This document shows, piece by piece, positions 63,287 to 64,000 of a stretch of DNA of 64,000 bases. The notes beneath the pieces are model-generated. The model saw nothing but the letters and a program-made list of their open reading frames with translations. It ran no database searches and had not been told where the DNA came from. Position numbers and translations under genes: made by a program. How positions within the stretch are numbered: the first letter of the stretch is position 1; the number at the start of each line of letters is the position of its first letter. Location of the stretch: NCBI GenBank assembly GCA_965601925.1, contig OZ271854.1, positions 4,989,414 through 5,053,413 on the forward strand, given 5' to 3'. This stretch comes from Alkalispirochaeta sp. Its GTDB lineage: Bacteria; Spirochaetota; Spirochaetia; DSM-27196; Alkalispirochaetaceae.

Positions 63287-64000
63287 ATGAATCGACCCGA
63301 GACGACCAACGAAACACTTATCAAGCTCCTCGACTCCGTTGAGATGCACGATCTTACCCAGCCGCTGAGCATTTTTACTCCGCCGTGGCCGCACGACCAC
63401 GCGCTGGAGGTTCATTTCTTCAAGCGGGTCACCGGTGCCGCAGGCGGCGGCCAAGGCGCGAACGGACAAATACTTAAATGGAGTCCAAACACCGGAACGC
63501 ACATCTCCACGGAGGCGATCTTTCACAGCGCGGGACGCCGTGTGGCGGACGTCGCACTCGACCAGCTTTCCGGCGAAGCGGTTATCGTTGACATCGCAGA
63601 CGCCGTACGTGACTACGGGGTGTATACGCCGCAAATGATCGAGGAGCGCGTTGCGGTGCGGTCGGGAGATATTCTCATTATTCACACCGGCTACAGTCGT
63701 CACTCGTGGGAGAAACCCGACGCCAATGAGTTCGGTTTCTTAGTACGACATCCGGGTCCGACCATGGAGTTCTTTCGGTGGGCCATGGACAAGAAGCTCA
63801 AATGGATCGGTGTTGACTGCGGTAGCTTCGAGCATCCCATGAACACCCCGATTCGTTTCTATCATACGCGCGATTTCGAGCGGGCAAAGAGCGTTGTAAA
63901 ACAACAGATCGGCCAAGACTGGGACGAGGCGTTTCCCACCGCCGACTACTATAACCTCGTACACGTCGAACTTGCCCGCTGCGGCATGGTCTTTGTCGAG
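63287..64000 (+). CDS. Cyclase / kynurenine-formamidase-family protein (partial, degenerate metal motif)
   Basis: Hand translation: HDLTQPLS..TPPWP, NTGTHISTE, GEAVIVDI, GDILIIHTG, HPGP, WIGVDCGS, VH.ELA...VE. Open to the window end. Confidence 0.85.
   Translation, partial: MNRPETTNETLIKLLDSVEMHDLTQPLSIFTPPWPHDHALEVHFFKRVTGAAGGGQGANGQILKWSPNTGTHISTEAIFHSAGRRVADVALDQLSGEAVIVDIADAVRDYGVYTPQMIEERVAVRSGDILIIHTGYSRHSWEKPDANEFGFLVRHPGPTMEFFRWAMDKKLKWIGVDCGSFEHPMNTPIRFYHTRDFERAKSVVKQQIGQDWDEAFPTADYYNLVHVELARCGMVFVE

Noticed and set aside
46859..64000. tRNA-Gly as integration site of a genomic island
   Set aside because: The downstream genes look accessory, but I found no adjacent integrase and no repeat of the tRNA 3' end within the window.
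1..64000. Frequent CGATCG/GTCGAC/TCGA words as a HIP1-like repeat; CRISPR arrays; IS elements
   Set aside because: These words are plausibly explained by ATC/GTC/GAC/GAG codon usage, and I cannot compute enrichment. No spaced direct-repeat array or transposase was seen.

Overview
A GC-rich bacterial chromosomal segment, very probably from a free-living spirochaete. This is inferred from the A/G-x-G-Q-G-E N-termini of the binding proteins, the rpoE/anti-sigma block divergent from murB, a tandem-cNMP Crp protein and a GlyA with an internal insertion. In order it holds: a TRAP/kinase/dehydrogenase/aldolase/RpiR sugar-acid operon; a YesN/YesM plus sensor-SBP system in front of mglBAC; two ECF sigma modules; a ferrochelatase-ahbD-Dpp-type ABC operon (candidate porphyrin salvage); a degenerate tyrosine-recombinase-fold gene heading a CHAD-ParA-CYTH operon (candidate polyphosphate-granule positioning system); core genes (crp, glyA, rpoE, murB, mgtE, rarD, tRNA-Gly); a DeoR-controlled glycoside operon with three different cupin sugar-phosphate isomerases; and a sigma54-driven DUF1116/cyclase operon cut by the window end. 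I saw no CRISPR array, rRNA, IS element or prophage. All family calls come from motif recognition by eye, not from database searches.
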